From a virus (lineage: Duplodnaviria > Caudoviricetes), in the IMG/VR virus record IMGVR_UViG_3300033068_001920, positions 14,929 through 78,928 of that record: DNA of 64,000 bases. One strand, given 5' to 3'. Below are positions 9,571-19,197 of the stretch, one piece after another. How positions within the stretch are numbered: position 1 is the stretch's first letter; every line of letters begins with the position of its first letter. The translations under genes were made by a program, and so were the position numbers. Under the pieces are notes generated by a model. The model did not search any database, was not told where the DNA came from, and saw only the letters and a list, made by a program, of their open reading frames with translations.

Positions 9571-10629
9571 TCAGCCCTCGGCATTCCCTGGCTCTTCGGT
9601 GTCGGCTGGAGCCATCCCGCGTTCTGCGCGCATCGCGGCTGCGCGTTCTCGGGCGATCCTCATGCTTCGGCCGAAACGCTCTTCCATTTCCTCCGCAGTG
9701 AAGGTGATGTTGACCTTCGAACCGGCGTCCTCGTAGATCTGGAGGATCTTCGCCAACTTCTCGCGCGCGCCGTCCCGGCTGCTGGTCTTGATCTTGATTC
9801 CGTCCTTCGTGATCTCGGCACCCTCATACAGTGCCAGCGCCGCGGGCGACAGGTTCCTGGTGTCGTGGAAATGAACCTTGGCCCGGCCCTCTCCGTAACA
9901 TTCCGGGCAATCCGGATGGGGTTCCCTGCGCGGATCGAAACCGACTCCACCCTGTTCGTCAAACACTGGCGCAAACGCCGCGCCACCGGATTTATCCTTC
10001 AACTCCGCGATCTTGGCGGAATGCTCATCGCGGGCGCGGCGCATTTCCTCCGGCGTCGATTGGTAGCGGTGATCGGTGCCGTAGCAGTACCTGCAGGCTT
10101 CGCGACGATGCTCGACCAGTTCGTTGACATCGGCGTAGGCGAGGAATGTGTAGGCTTGGATGATATCGTCCTGAGCCGATTCGGTGCGCGCGAAAGCCTG
10201 TTTCATTCGTTCGCCGAGATAGGTTTTGACATGCGGCAGCTGGAACATACGGTGCGCCATCACGCCGGCCACATTGTAGTTTCCGCCGTAGACCGCCATG
10301 TACGACCTGGTTCCGTTGTAGCAGGTCATATAGACCTCTACGAACTCGATCTGCTTCAGGTTGAGCCCGAGTTCCTGTCCGCGCGCGATGTGTTCCGGCA
10401 TCGGATCCTTGTCCGGAGGAACTGGCGCCACTGTTGCGGAGTCCGGCACGTTCGTCTTTTTCGGCTTCCCATGCTTGTTCTTGCCGGTCTCGCTGAGTTT
10501 GACCAGTTTCTTTTTTTCCTTGATGTCGCGATGAGATCCGGGCGTCCGGGCGGCAGTGCCGCCACGACGTTTTTTCGGTGCTGGAACTTCGACGACCGGC
10601 GGCGGCGGCGGGGCTTTCTTCTTTTTCAC
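9571..10629 (-). CDS. Terminase small subunit with Zn-finger insertion
   Basis: LNLKQIEFVEVY...GTRSY; CRYCYG and CPECYGEG; directly upstream of terL. Confidence 0.85.
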   Translation of the reverse strand: MKKKKAPPPPPVVEVPAPKKRRGGTAARTPGSHRDIKEKKKLVKLSETGKNKHGKPKKTNVPDSATVAPVPPDKDPMPEHIARGQELGLNLKQIEFVEVYMTCYNGTRSYMAVYGGNYNVAGVMAHRMFQLPHVKTYLGERMKQAFARTESAQDDIIQAYTFLAYADVNELVEHRREACRYCYGTDHRYQSTPEEMRRARDEHSAKIAELKDKSGGAAFAPVFDEQGGVGFDPRREPHPDCPECYGEGRAKVHFHDTRNLSPAALALYEGAEITKDGIKIKTSSRDGAREKLAKILQIYEDAGSKVNITFTAEEMEERFGRSMRIARERAAAMRAERGMAPADTEEPGNAEG

Positions 10630-11297
10630 GCTCGTGCCTCATTGTCCGAATCGATTCGAAATGCAAACTGGAATTGTTTGATGCCTTCCTCGATCGATTG
10701 CAACTCGAGCGTTTTGTCGATCATATCCATCTGTGTTCGCTCGACACGGATACGAGTCGCCGCGCGCTTGCCGATGCTGGATAGTCTTCGAAGGGACGCC
10801 TCTAACCTGGCACCGTTGCGGAGATCTTCGAACTCCGGGTTCAATTCGCGGACCCTCGCCAACGCGAGTTCTGCTTCTTCCGCCGCTTGGATGGCGTCAA
10901 GAAGATCGTATCGATCATGACGATGGTTGCTCACCGATACCGAAACGTGAGCCGCGACCGCAGTCGTGAACTTCCCGAAAAGTTCGCCGATGCTGTGCGC
11001 GACGGCGCGCACGACGATTCCCTGCCCCTGTTCATCCGCTTCGGCGATCGGATCGTCGATTCGACCGAGTAGGAAATCCAGCGGGACCGCGTACAGGTCG
11101 GCGTACTTGAGCATGTCCAGCAGCGTCGGTAGACGTTGCCCATCCTCAGCCAAGCTGATCTGCGTGATGCCCTTCTGGCTTAGCCGGTCCGCAGCTTGGG
11201 CCTGGGATACGCCGGCAGCGCGGCGCGACGCGCGAAGGCGCTTGCCGACGATCTTCGCCAGCGCCTCGCGGCCCTTTGCATCAGTTGGAATTGGCAT
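10626..11297 (-). CDS. XRE-family HTH regulator (position equivalent to P1 lpa)
   Basis: VGKRLRASRRAAGVSQAQAA...ISLAEDGQRLP...ADLYAVPLDFLLG. Confidence 0.8.
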   Translation of the reverse strand: MPIPTDAKGREALAKIVGKRLRASRRAAGVSQAQAADRLSQKGITQISLAEDGQRLPTLLDMLKYADLYAVPLDFLLGRIDDPIAEADEQGQGIVVRAVAHSIGELFGKFTTAVAAHVSVSVSNHRHDRYDLLDAIQAAEEAELALARVRELNPEFEDLRNGARLEASLRRLSSIGKRAATRIRVERTQMDMIDKTLELQSIEEGIKQFQFAFRIDSDNEARA

Positions 11298-11334
11298 GGT
11301 TCAGTCCCCCAGAGGTGTCTATCATCGGCTGATA

Positions 11335-12087
11335 TCAGCCAACCGTCAAAATGTAGTGCTCAAGCCGATCTCTGTCTGCTGGCGCCATGTCTGGAATGAA
11401 TCGCTCAAGCACAGCATTCAAGGCATCGTTTTTCCACTCCCGGAAACGCAACTCATCCATATTTTCAAAACTTATCGAACCAACCATGTAGTACAACTGG
11501 CCCGTGCTGGTGATGAATGTTTTCGTCAGCCCGGTCAGTATCTTGACTTCGTTGAGAAATGGCTCAAACGCCGTGTATTTGTCCTGGTTATCGAACACTG
11601 CCTGCAGCAGCATCATGCCGAGCCGATGATGCTTGCCGTTGCGTTTCATCCGCACCGATGCTTTGAACACTGATCCCGTTTTGAATCGCTCGAAATACCG
11701 TTCGCTGATCGGGCAGGCGGGGTACATTTTCCCGTCCGGCCCTTTCATAATCCACAAATCGGTGGATCCGGTCGGGCCTTCGACATCGGCATGAACATGA
11801 GCGATATCCGTCTCCGGCTTCGGCTTGCGCGCGTCGCGCTGCGTATTCACTGCCAAGACGGCCGCGTAGGCGACCTGGGCGAACGCAGTCCGCTCCATCT
11901 GCGTTAGATCGTCCCAAGGTGTTGACGCTTTCAGGCTGCGGGCATGCACAGCCCTCCCAGCGAGGACGGCATCGATTCCACGAAGATGGCCCTCTGCCGA
12001 CTTGGCGCGCTGCTTCCAATACGCGGCGCGGCCGTCGGCCTCCGCCAACTTTCGTTCCAATTCGCGGATTTGTTCCTCGGGTCTCAT
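11335..12087 (-). CDS. DUF1367-like protein with N-terminal extension
   Basis: RNGKHHR...SISFENMDELRF motifs; ATGA overlap. Confidence 0.65.
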   Translation of the reverse strand: MRPEEQIRELERKLAEADGRAAYWKQRAKSAEGHLRGIDAVLAGRAVHARSLKASTPWDDLTQMERTAFAQVAYAAVLAVNTQRDARKPKPETDIAHVHADVEGPTGSTDLWIMKGPDGKMYPACPISERYFERFKTGSVFKASVRMKRNGKHHRLGMMLLQAVFDNQDKYTAFEPFLNEVKILTGLTKTFITSTGQLYYMVGSISFENMDELRFREWKNDALNAVLERFIPDMAPADRDRLEHYILTVG

Positions 12088-12806
12088 TCTGGCGCCTCGC
12101 CGAGCATTGCGGACATGACCAATCCGCTGACCTCCTCGCCTTGTCCGGCGATCTGTACCATGGTCAACTTCCCGCCGTAGACCGCGCCGGTGTCGATGTA
12201 GCGCACATTGCCGAGTGTCGTCGGCCGCTCCAATGACGTGTGCCCGACGTAGACCATGGAGACACCGGAGACAGTAGAGCAATCGCGAGCACCGATGCGC
12301 TTGCGCGCCCACAGCGCGGTCTCTTGAGCGTTGGGTTCTTCATCCTCCAGCGCCTTCAGGAACTCGCTCCAGCGCTGACCAGCGGGCTCAGCATGCACGA
12401 TCCCGATCATGCCCTCCTTCGTGTCCACTTCGATCACGATCGGCATCGTCAGGAATGCTTGGGCGATAGCTTGCCGTGTATCGGCCGGAAGATCGATCAG
12501 CCAGCCGCCGCCGTTGCGACGGTAGTTGTCTTCCGGCCAGCGTCCGCACGCATACCAGATCGCCATATCCTCATGGTTCCCGCGGATCGCGTGGAACCAT
12601 GGCTGAGCAAGCCAATCCAGCGCATCCTGAGACTGAGGGCCGCGGTCCACCAGGTCGCCAACCGAGAACATGCGATCCAGCGCTGGGTCGAACCTCACCC
12701 GGTCCATCTGCTCGGAAAGCAGATCAAAGCAACCATGGATGTCGCCGACCAAGAAATCACGGCCGGAGACGTTGCGTTCGAAACGCTGGACGATAGGATG
12801 CGGCAT
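12084..12806 (-). CDS. Ser/Thr protein phosphatase (NinI/Ppp-like metallophosphoesterase)
   Basis: VGDIHG, GDLVDRGP, RGNHED, GHT, IDTG motifs. Confidence 0.92.
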   Translation of the reverse strand: MPHPIVQRFERNVSGRDFLVGDIHGCFDLLSEQMDRVRFDPALDRMFSVGDLVDRGPQSQDALDWLAQPWFHAIRGNHEDMAIWYACGRWPEDNYRRNGGGWLIDLPADTRQAIAQAFLTMPIVIEVDTKEGMIGIVHAEPAGQRWSEFLKALEDEEPNAQETALWARKRIGARDCSTVSGVSMVYVGHTSLERPTTLGNVRYIDTGAVYGGKLTMVQIAGQGEEVSGLVMSAMLGEAPE

Positions 12807-13249
12807 CAAACCTCCTCCTCATCCCATCCGCCGCCGTCCTTCTTGGGCCTCGGATAGGCGACCTTGAACACAAAGGGGTACATCGCGGCGGCCACCTTCA
12901 TCTTGACACGGGCATCGTCCAGAAAAAGCGCCTTTGCGCCTTTCACGTCGATCATTTCCAAGACGTTGTCCGCAGGCAAGATCGCGAAGTCCACGGTCAG
13001 AAACGTGTTGTCGGCGAGCCTGAGTTTGATGCCTTCAAATTGATACCAAAGGATCTTGCCGGCGGCCTTGAGTTCGGCTAGGTAAGCGTCGTAGCGCGAT
13101 TCGGTCTTGTTCATCTCGCCGGTCTTGAGACGGCCGAGCGCCTGCATTCTCTGCTGGCCGGTGGGCTTCGCCGGCGGCGAGGCAACCGGCGCCACGCTGC
13201 GCTTCTGCAGTAGCCGCGCAAGATCGTCCTCGGACATCCGCACGCTCAT
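12806..13249 (-). CDS. DUF1064-like PD-(D/E)XK endonuclease
   Basis: MNKTESRY...FLTVDF...MIDVKG. Confidence 0.75.
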   Translation of the reverse strand: MSVRMSEDDLARLLQKRSVAPVASPPAKPTGQQRMQALGRLKTGEMNKTESRYDAYLAELKAAGKILWYQFEGIKLRLADNTFLTVDFAILPADNVLEMIDVKGAKALFLDDARVKMKVAAAMYPFVFKVAYPRPKKDGGGWDEEEV

Positions 13250-16023
13250 GCCGCGCCTCGCCGAGCGTCCAGCATGTCCACCTCGCGCTGAACGCGGTCA
13301 AGTATCCAAGAAACACAAAGCACGGCCCACGAGTTGCCGATCGCCTTGTACCGCGGGCCGTCGGCCGCCATGGCATAGACCTGGGCCTTGCCGTCTCCGC
13401 ATTTCACCGCGAAGCGGTAGGCCTTGTCTCGGGGGCCGCTGCTCCGCTGCAGCGCTTCGGCCATGCTGTCGAAGACCGGGATTGTGGCTTTCACCTTCGC
13501 CAGCGGCTTGGGCTTGCCTTTCCGGATCGGGATCAGCGTGTGGTCTGGATGGATTCCCTGTAGGCGCTCGCACTCTCGCGGGGTTAAGCGTCGAACGGCC
13601 ATTCCATGGGTGGCGATCGGCGCCGCTCTGGATCGGTCCGCACTGGTCGTCAGCGGTCTTGCAGCATCAGCGATCTCAAAAGTCCCGTTCTTGTAGTCGT
13701 CTGCCATGAACGCGACCGCCACTTGCCCGCCGGCATTCGCATGCGACCCACTGTGCCCCATCGCGCGAAAGGTCGGCGCCACGTCGCCAGCGTCGCCAGC
13801 GTCGCCGCCATGATCTTTACAGGAAAATGCGATGACCGGGACAAGATGTGCGTTTCCCCCAGGCGAATCTCCCCGAGAGCAACGCGTTTGAGTGATTTCA
13901 CCCGTGACAGATTGGTTATATGTGTCGAAGGCTATCGGCACCATGACGCTCGGCCCAGAGGACAGGCCGTCGCCGCTCCGCGTCCCAAGGGTCGCAGCGA
14001 CATCGCCCGTGATCTTGCCGTTGTACGTGTCGGTGCCCACCATGACCGGAATCAGTGGCGTCCCGCGCCCGGTACCGTCCTCGCTTGCGTCGAAACCGTC
14101 CGCGCGCAGCGTGTGCGTCGGCCCGTCGTACGCCACGGTTAAGTGGCCAGCCATCGCATGATCTACGTCAGCACCCCCACCTGCGGCTCGCAAGGTTCCT
14201 GCTGTAAGCGGGATATCATCTGTGCTGTAACCACCATGCTGACGAGAGCCGCCTGCAATGGTGCAGGCAACGTCTTGCGCCTCTTTTCTGCTCGGCGCAG
14301 TATCCCGGCGCACGCCTTCGGACTCAAAAAGTATTCTTCCGGGACTGAGTCCGTCTCTAGCACTTGCGACAACGAACACACGCTCGCGTCGTTGGGCCAA
14401 GCCGAAATATTGGGCATCAACAACCCGCCATGCGACTGTCCGCCGGGGGCCAGCAACAACACCTGCGACTGGCCAGCACGGAACGTGCACACCGGTGTCT
14501 TTTTTCCAGCGCCAGTGGGTAGAGGACCGTCCCGGTTTAGGTCGTGGGCCGGGTTCAATTGGATCCCGATCTCCGGCAAGCCCAGCAAGGAAGCAACCGA
14601 AAGCGTTGTCGTCGGTACTGAGGCATCCGGGTACGTTCTCCCACTGCACGATGCAGGGTTCGTCTCCATCGGCGATTCGAACATCGTCAATTGCATCGGC
14701 GATCTCGCAGAACGTCAGGGACAGCGCGCCCCGGGCGTCGGTAAGGGAATCGCGGTTACCCGCGAAGCTGAAGGCTTGGCAGTTGTGAACGACGACACCG
14801 TTCAGGATGTATGAGTTGTCGTCCGCAACTTCAATGTTGAAGACTTCCTGTTGCCCAACCTCACTGAAGTTGGTCACGCTGCGCAGAAGGTAGTTGTGCC
14901 TGACCCTGGATTTGCGCGAGGTGGCGCGGTCAAAGCCGCGGACTTGGAACCACTCTCGCTGATTAACGGTTCGGCCCTCTATGACTTTCGTAGGCGTAAC
15001 CTTAATCCGGGCCACGGATGCGCTGTACCCCTCGGCATTCAGAAGATCCGCCGCACCGTAGGCCAATGACCGGCTGGTCGTGGCGATTTGAACGCCGCTC
15101 TTGATTTTGCTGCCGTCTGTGTCGAGGTAGCCGCGAAGGATTTCAGCGCGAAGCGGATGTCCGAGCACCCACGCAGGGAGGTTTTTGTGGTACGCGAGGC
15201 GCCCAAAGTTCTCCTCCAACCAGTTAGCGAATCGAGTGTCATTGATCGTGACCCGAACCACTGATCGCTTTTCGCAAATGGAGTGACTGAAGTCCTCGCC
15301 AACAACCTCCAGCATCCTCTGGTATTTGGCCGGGTTCAGACTGAGGATAACCGCTCTCTTCGTCTTGCCCTTCCACTCCCGGATGTGGCCGTCACCGAGG
15401 TACATGCCAGCGAGATACATCGCCTGCCGCTGGTCGAACTCCGCGGATACCGCTTGCCCGGTGGTCTCGCCGTACTGCGTCATGGCGCACCACATGCGAC
15501 CCGGCATTTCCGATGCCTTGACCCACTCGGGATCGGGGCAGTGCTCGACCCTCGCGTAGGCGTTGCCGCGCTTGGTACTCTGGTTTCGGAAGGCGACCGA
15601 CAGGAACGGATGGTCGGGCGTCACCGTGATCGGTTCGCGGATTCCAACCGCATTGAACTCACCGACCGTCGCCAACTTCGAGCCGACCGCAAGGACAGGC
15701 TTCAGTCGCCCCTTGTGCGTCATGACGAGATCGCCGACCCGGACATGCTCTAGTGGGCGATACCCGTATTCGGTCAGAACCAGATGGCCTGCGGTGAAGC
15801 AAGGCGTTCCGCCGGTAAAGAACGGCGGCGCTTCCATCTCTCGGCTGCGGATCCTCGCAGGAATCGCGCGCATGTCTCCAACATTCGGGACATCCGGCCA
15901 ATGATGGGCAAGGACTTCTGAGGGGAACGCTTCGATCTCGGACAGCCACGCCGCCTTCCATCCGAGATGGCGCGAGGCCAGGCTCATTGCTTCGACGCCG
16001 CTGCAACAACTTCCGAATCTCAC
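13246..16023 (-). CDS. C5 cytosine DNA methyltransferase containing an intein
   Basis: Motif I FGSCCSG; motif IV GGTP/CQAFS split by the intein; ENVPG; QRRERVF; motif IX RRLTPRECERLQG; motif X RYKAIGNS. Confidence 0.92.
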   Translation of the reverse strand: MRFGSCCSGVEAMSLASRHLGWKAAWLSEIEAFPSEVLAHHWPDVPNVGDMRAIPARIRSREMEAPPFFTGGTPCFTAGHLVLTEYGYRPLEHVRVGDLVMTHKGRLKPVLAVGSKLATVGEFNAVGIREPITVTPDHPFLSVAFRNQSTKRGNAYARVEHCPDPEWVKASEMPGRMWCAMTQYGETTGQAVSAEFDQRQAMYLAGMYLGDGHIREWKGKTKRAVILSLNPAKYQRMLEVVGEDFSHSICEKRSVVRVTINDTRFANWLEENFGRLAYHKNLPAWVLGHPLRAEILRGYLDTDGSKIKSGVQIATTSRSLAYGAADLLNAEGYSASVARIKVTPTKVIEGRTVNQREWFQVRGFDRATSRKSRVRHNYLLRSVTNFSEVGQQEVFNIEVADDNSYILNGVVVHNCQAFSFAGNRDSLTDARGALSLTFCEIADAIDDVRIADGDEPCIVQWENVPGCLSTDDNAFGCFLAGLAGDRDPIEPGPRPKPGRSSTHWRWKKDTGVHVPCWPVAGVVAGPRRTVAWRVVDAQYFGLAQRRERVFVVASARDGLSPGRILFESEGVRRDTAPSRKEAQDVACTIAGGSRQHGGYSTDDIPLTAGTLRAAGGGADVDHAMAGHLTVAYDGPTHTLRADGFDASEDGTGRGTPLIPVMVGTDTYNGKITGDVAATLGTRSGDGLSSGPSVMVPIAFDTYNQSVTGEITQTRCSRGDSPGGNAHLVPVIAFSCKDHGGDAGDAGDVAPTFRAMGHSGSHANAGGQVAVAFMADDYKNGTFEIADAARPLTTSADRSRAAPIATHGMAVRRLTPRECERLQGIHPDHTLIPIRKGKPKPLAKVKATIPVFDSMAEALQRSSGPRDKAYRFAVKCGDGKAQVYAMAADGPRYKAIGNSWAVLCVSWILDRVQREVDMLDARRGAA
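14163..14696 (-). CDS. Overlapping +1-frame ORF resembling the M.EcoHK31I beta polypeptide
   Basis: VCSLSQVLETDSVPEEYFLSPKACAGILRRAEKRRKTLP, wholly inside the MTase gene; ATG at 14696. Confidence 0.7.
   Translation of the reverse strand: MQLTMFESPMETNPASCSGRTYPDASVPTTTLSVASLLGLPEIGIQLNPAHDLNRDGPLPTGAGKKTPVCTFRAGQSQVLLLAPGGQSHGGLLMPNISAWPNDASVCSLSQVLETDSVPEEYFLSPKACAGILRRAEKRRKTLPAPLQAALVSMVVTAQMISRLQQEPCEPQVGVLT
14782..15801 (-). mobile_element. Intein (340 aa) with LAGLIDADG homing endonuclease
   Basis: Starts CFTAGHLV, ends GVVVHN followed by Cys+1; YLAGMYLGDG and ILRGYLDTDG blocks. Confidence 0.93.
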
Positions 16024-16048
16024 GCGCTACCCCCTATTCATTCGTGGC

Positions 16049-16077
16049 AAGTTAGCAAAACGCACTCCGTCCTGCAA
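16049..16077 (-). promoter_or_regulatory. Sigma70-like promoter TTGCAG-N17-TAACTT
   Basis: Intergenic, upstream of the MTase; 17-nt spacer. Confidence 0.6.
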
Positions 16078-16092
16078 GCATTTGCGAAGATT

Positions 16093-16821
16093 TCAGGGTA
16101 ACGGCTCGCCTGCATGATCAATCGTCTGCTCGCTACGGTTCGACAATCCGAGTTCTTCGGCGATCTCCGCCATCCGCGCGCGCGCGAACTCTGGTGATGC
16201 TGGCTTCAGCTTTTTCTCTTCCTGCTCAATCTGCGGCAGTGGCACCGGAAGCGGTTCGCCGCGCATCACTGCGTCGCGCGCAGTGGCGTAGGCCTCTTTC
16301 AGCATGCGATCGGACTCCCGTGCATCCACCATGCGGTAGCGATAGCCGTCCAAGTTCCTGCCGACCATCACGGTGAAGGGCGCCCGCTCTTCGTTGATTC
16401 GGGCCATGTCGGCACGGACCTGCTGCAGCGTCGGTATGCCCAAGCACAGTTCCCGGAACTCTTGGATCTCCGGAAACCAGTCACCGGCGCGGGTTAGGCA
16501 TGCGCCGAGACCTGCAGCCAGTTGCGCTCCGCTGAGTCCGGCCAGCCCTTTTGCCCAAGTATCGGCGTACATCGTCAGTTCGCCGGCGCGCGGGTTCGGT
16601 TCACCGTTTTCCAACTTCTCCGCATGGTGCGGAGACTCCCCCATCGCAGAACGCCACTTGTTCGGGTACATCGCGGCCATGCGTCCCCAGACCTGACGGA
16701 GCCAGTTCGTCTGCAGTGGCTCAGCACATGCCAGCGGCGTGCTCGCGCTCGTCGTGCTCGCGATTGATCCGTTCGACGCGCTCCGCCTCGCTCTCACGGC
16801 GGCCCGAATTGCTGGTTCCAT
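16093..16821 (-). CDS. Lambda P-like replication protein (helicase loader type)
   Basis: VWGRMAAMYPNKW...WAKGLAGLS...WFPEIQEFRELC; follows the initiator gene. Confidence 0.65.
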   Translation of the reverse strand: MEPAIRAAVRARRSASNGSIASTTSASTPLACAEPLQTNWLRQVWGRMAAMYPNKWRSAMGESPHHAEKLENGEPNPRAGELTMYADTWAKGLAGLSGAQLAAGLGACLTRAGDWFPEIQEFRELCLGIPTLQQVRADMARINEERAPFTVMVGRNLDGYRYRMVDARESDRMLKEAYATARDAVMRGEPLPVPLPQIEQEEKKLKPASPEFARARMAEIAEELGLSNRSEQTIDHAGEPLP

Positions 16822-17584
16822 GGTGGTTCCCCTGCTTGTTGTTCTGGACGTTCTGGTACCAGGCAGCCTTGAAGCCCTGCCAATTGTTCTCGGCGGAAAT
16901 ATGCACCGCCTTCGCCGGCGTGATTCCTGCCTTCACGGCTTCGGCCTTCACCCCGTCCCATGCGGTTTGCGTCAGCGGTGCCTTCTTCGCCTTCCTGACG
17001 ATGAACCAATCTGCGGCGTGTTGGCGATCAACTCCTTCGGCAACGATATCGTCGATGGTCAGCGGTGGGGGATCGTCAGACCTCTTCGGCTTCGCGCCAC
17101 CCAATTTTGAATCGCGCTCAGCGCCATCTTTATTGGCTTTCTTCTCTTGATGGTTAAGTGACGTATTGGGTGCATCTCCTGCACCCCGTTCTGTCGTGGG
17201 ATGCACCCCGTTCCCATCATCAGATGCACCCCGTTCCCCTTCGCGAGGTGCATCTGTTGCACCCGGTTTTGACCGAGGTGCATCTGTTGCACCCCGTTCC
17301 ATCGAAAGGTCGTAGCACACCGGGCGCCGATCGGCTCGGTCGATATAGGCAGCAGCGATCGCTTGATTACCGCGCCGAATCAACCCGTGCTGCTCCAGTG
17401 AGTCTAGGCGGGAACGAACGGTACGTTCTGACAGACCCGTGTCCGCCGATAGCGTCGCCGCCGAAGGAAATGCGCCACGTCCGTCCGCGCCGGCGTAGTT
17501 TGCGAGGCATAGCAGTACATGCCTCGATGGCGAATCATTGACTTGCTTCTGGGCCATCGCCCAAGACATAGCTTGAACGCTCAT
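16721..17584 (-). CDS. Lambda O-like replication initiator (HTH_36)
   Basis: MSVQAMSWA...VLLCLANYA...FPSAATLSADTGLSERTVR; internal iterons. Confidence 0.85.
   Translation of the reverse strand: MSVQAMSWAMAQKQVNDSPSRHVLLCLANYAGADGRGAFPSAATLSADTGLSERTVRSRLDSLEQHGLIRRGNQAIAAAYIDRADRRPVCYDLSMERGATDAPRSKPGATDAPREGERGASDDGNGVHPTTERGAGDAPNTSLNHQEKKANKDGAERDSKLGGAKPKRSDDPPPLTIDDIVAEGVDRQHAADWFIVRKAKKAPLTQTAWDGVKAEAVKAGITPAKAVHISAENNWQGFKAAWYQNVQNNKQGNHHGTSNSGRRESEAERVERINREHDEREHAAGMC
17168..17300. repeat. Iteron-like repeats, putative origin of replication
   Basis: Five TGCACCC(C/G)GTT copies, three within GGTGCATCT-NN-TGCACC imperfect palindromes. Confidence 0.75.
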
Positions 17585-18006
17585 GCGCCGGTCTCCAATA
17601 CAGCGAAGTCGCTGCGGATGACCGCAGGGAACAGTTGGATGTATGGCCCGAACCCAGCGGGGTTCACGATCATCAGTCCAGTTTCAGTAATGATGCTATG
17701 AGAGCACTCGCCATCCAATAGATCGAATACCTGTTTCAGTTCGGCCGGCTCCATTCGGAAGAATTCCCTGGACTGGCATATCCGGTTCGTGGCGAACGTC
17801 TCGTGAGCGCAGCGCTCAAATTTCGACGGATCCAACACCTCAGCGTAGTAGGCAACGATGAAAGGCGTCGGCACTCCGGTCGTTCCCGACAATTCAGCCG
17901 CTCTCTGCATTGGTGCCCTAGTGGTGTGGCCGATCTTGTAGATGCCGGGCATTGACTGATTCGCCAGTACGTAGACGAATCCGTAAAGATTGTTGTTTGC
18001 GCTCAT
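17581..18006 (-). CDS. GIY-YIG/T5orf172 domain protein
   Basis: GFVYVLAN...GIYKIGHT...RAAEL...EFF. Confidence 0.85.
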   Translation of the reverse strand: MSANNNLYGFVYVLANQSMPGIYKIGHTTRAPMQRAAELSGTTGVPTPFIVAYYAEVLDPSKFERCAHETFATNRICQSREFFRMEPAELKQVFDLLDGECSHSIITETGLMIVNPAGFGPYIQLFPAVIRSDFAVLETGA

Positions 18007-18158
18007 GCTTCCCCAATGGTCCAAATAGAAAACGCACCCAACCCGTTGGACTCGGGCTGTCCCCCGGTGATCAAGCCGGGGTTAGGGTGGCGCGGTTATA
18101 CAAGGTTGGTCGCCTACAGTGCCAGCTTGGCGGATACAAGTTCAAGGGTCACATCACG

Positions 18159-18362
18159 TCACGGGCTTGCCAGACCCGGCTCAAATACCCGGAGGAAGTG
18201 CTTTGTGCTGCTCACGATAGGCATTTTCTGCCCTTCGCGCCAGAGCACGAATCCGTCCACCACGGCCATCACCTTGATGAAAGCCAATCCACGTTCATGC
18301 ATTTCTTGACGGATCCACTTGCTGCCGGCTCGGATCCCGGCAGACCCTTTATGCTTGGCCAT
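18159..18362 (-). CDS. Hypothetical protein
   Basis: Short ORF overlapping the upstream stop. Confidence 0.45.
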   Translation of the reverse strand: MAKHKGSAGIRAGSKWIRQEMHERGLAFIKVMAVVDGFVLWREGQKMPIVSSTKHFLRVFEPGLASP

Positions 18363-19197
18363 CGGAATCTTCCGCAGTGGTGATGAGGTCCGCTGCGGCC
18401 CCGCGCTTCGCCTTGGCGCTGGCCAGCGCGATCGCGTACATGTCTGGGTGCTGCACATCGAACGTCGGCATCTGATCGGACTCGACCCAGTGGCCGCGGA
18501 CGCTGTGCCGGACCAGCCACCGCTGCGTCCAGGTGCTCGCGCTGCAGCCCTCCTCGACGATTTCCTTGGCGGTGATGCTGCCCTGCACCCGCAGACGCGC
18601 CAAGACGCGAATGGCGGCCTGCTTCCATGGCGTCAGCTGCACCGGGCAGGGTACGCCCGCGGGAACCTCCGGGATGCACGGCGGCAGCGGTACGCGCGCC
18701 GGCGGGTTCCAGTCGAAGAACGCCGTTCGGGCAAACCAGAACCGTCCGTCGGCCGGGTCCGCGGCCCGCTGGTCTTCCTCGAGTAGTCGGCGAAGGCCGA
18801 AGGACGCGTCGATGCGAGAGGAAAACGTGGCGCGATCGTATTCGTATCCGTACTGCGGCGCCCAGACCGGGACGCCCAGCATCTCGAGCAAGCGCGCGAT
18901 GCCGGCATTGGCTTCGGTGATGCTGCGCACGATCACCAAACGATGGTCTGGACCGTCCTTGGCATACCGGTTCCACGAATCTGTTGGGATGATTTGCTCG
19001 GCGACCTTGGCATTGAGCACCAGTTTAGCTTCAACGCCGATCTGGCGGCCGGAAGCGTGCACGGCCAGGATGTCGAATCCACCGGTCTCCGGGTAGCAGA
19101 CCCAGCCCGGTTGTGCGTTGAATTCCGCGATGAAGATCGCGCACAGCGCCGTCTCCGTCGGGATCAGTTCCTTGATCTGGTCCGCAGTGATGTTCAT
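18349..19197 (-). CDS. Hypothetical phage protein (nuclease-like N-terminus)
   Basis: YPETGGFDIL...IGVEAKL; coupled ORF. Confidence 0.7.
   Translation of the reverse strand: MNITADQIKELIPTETALCAIFIAEFNAQPGWVCYPETGGFDILAVHASGRQIGVEAKLVLNAKVAEQIIPTDSWNRYAKDGPDHRLVIVRSITEANAGIARLLEMLGVPVWAPQYGYEYDRATFSSRIDASFGLRRLLEEDQRAADPADGRFWFARTAFFDWNPPARVPLPPCIPEVPAGVPCPVQLTPWKQAAIRVLARLRVQGSITAKEIVEEGCSASTWTQRWLVRHSVRGHWVESDQMPTFDVQHPDMYAIALASAKAKRGAAADLITTAEDSDGQA

Noticed and set aside
18010-18160. Structured intergenic leader with small hairpins (possible ncRNA)
   Set aside because: Stems are short and I recognise no family; it needs an Infernal/Rfam search.
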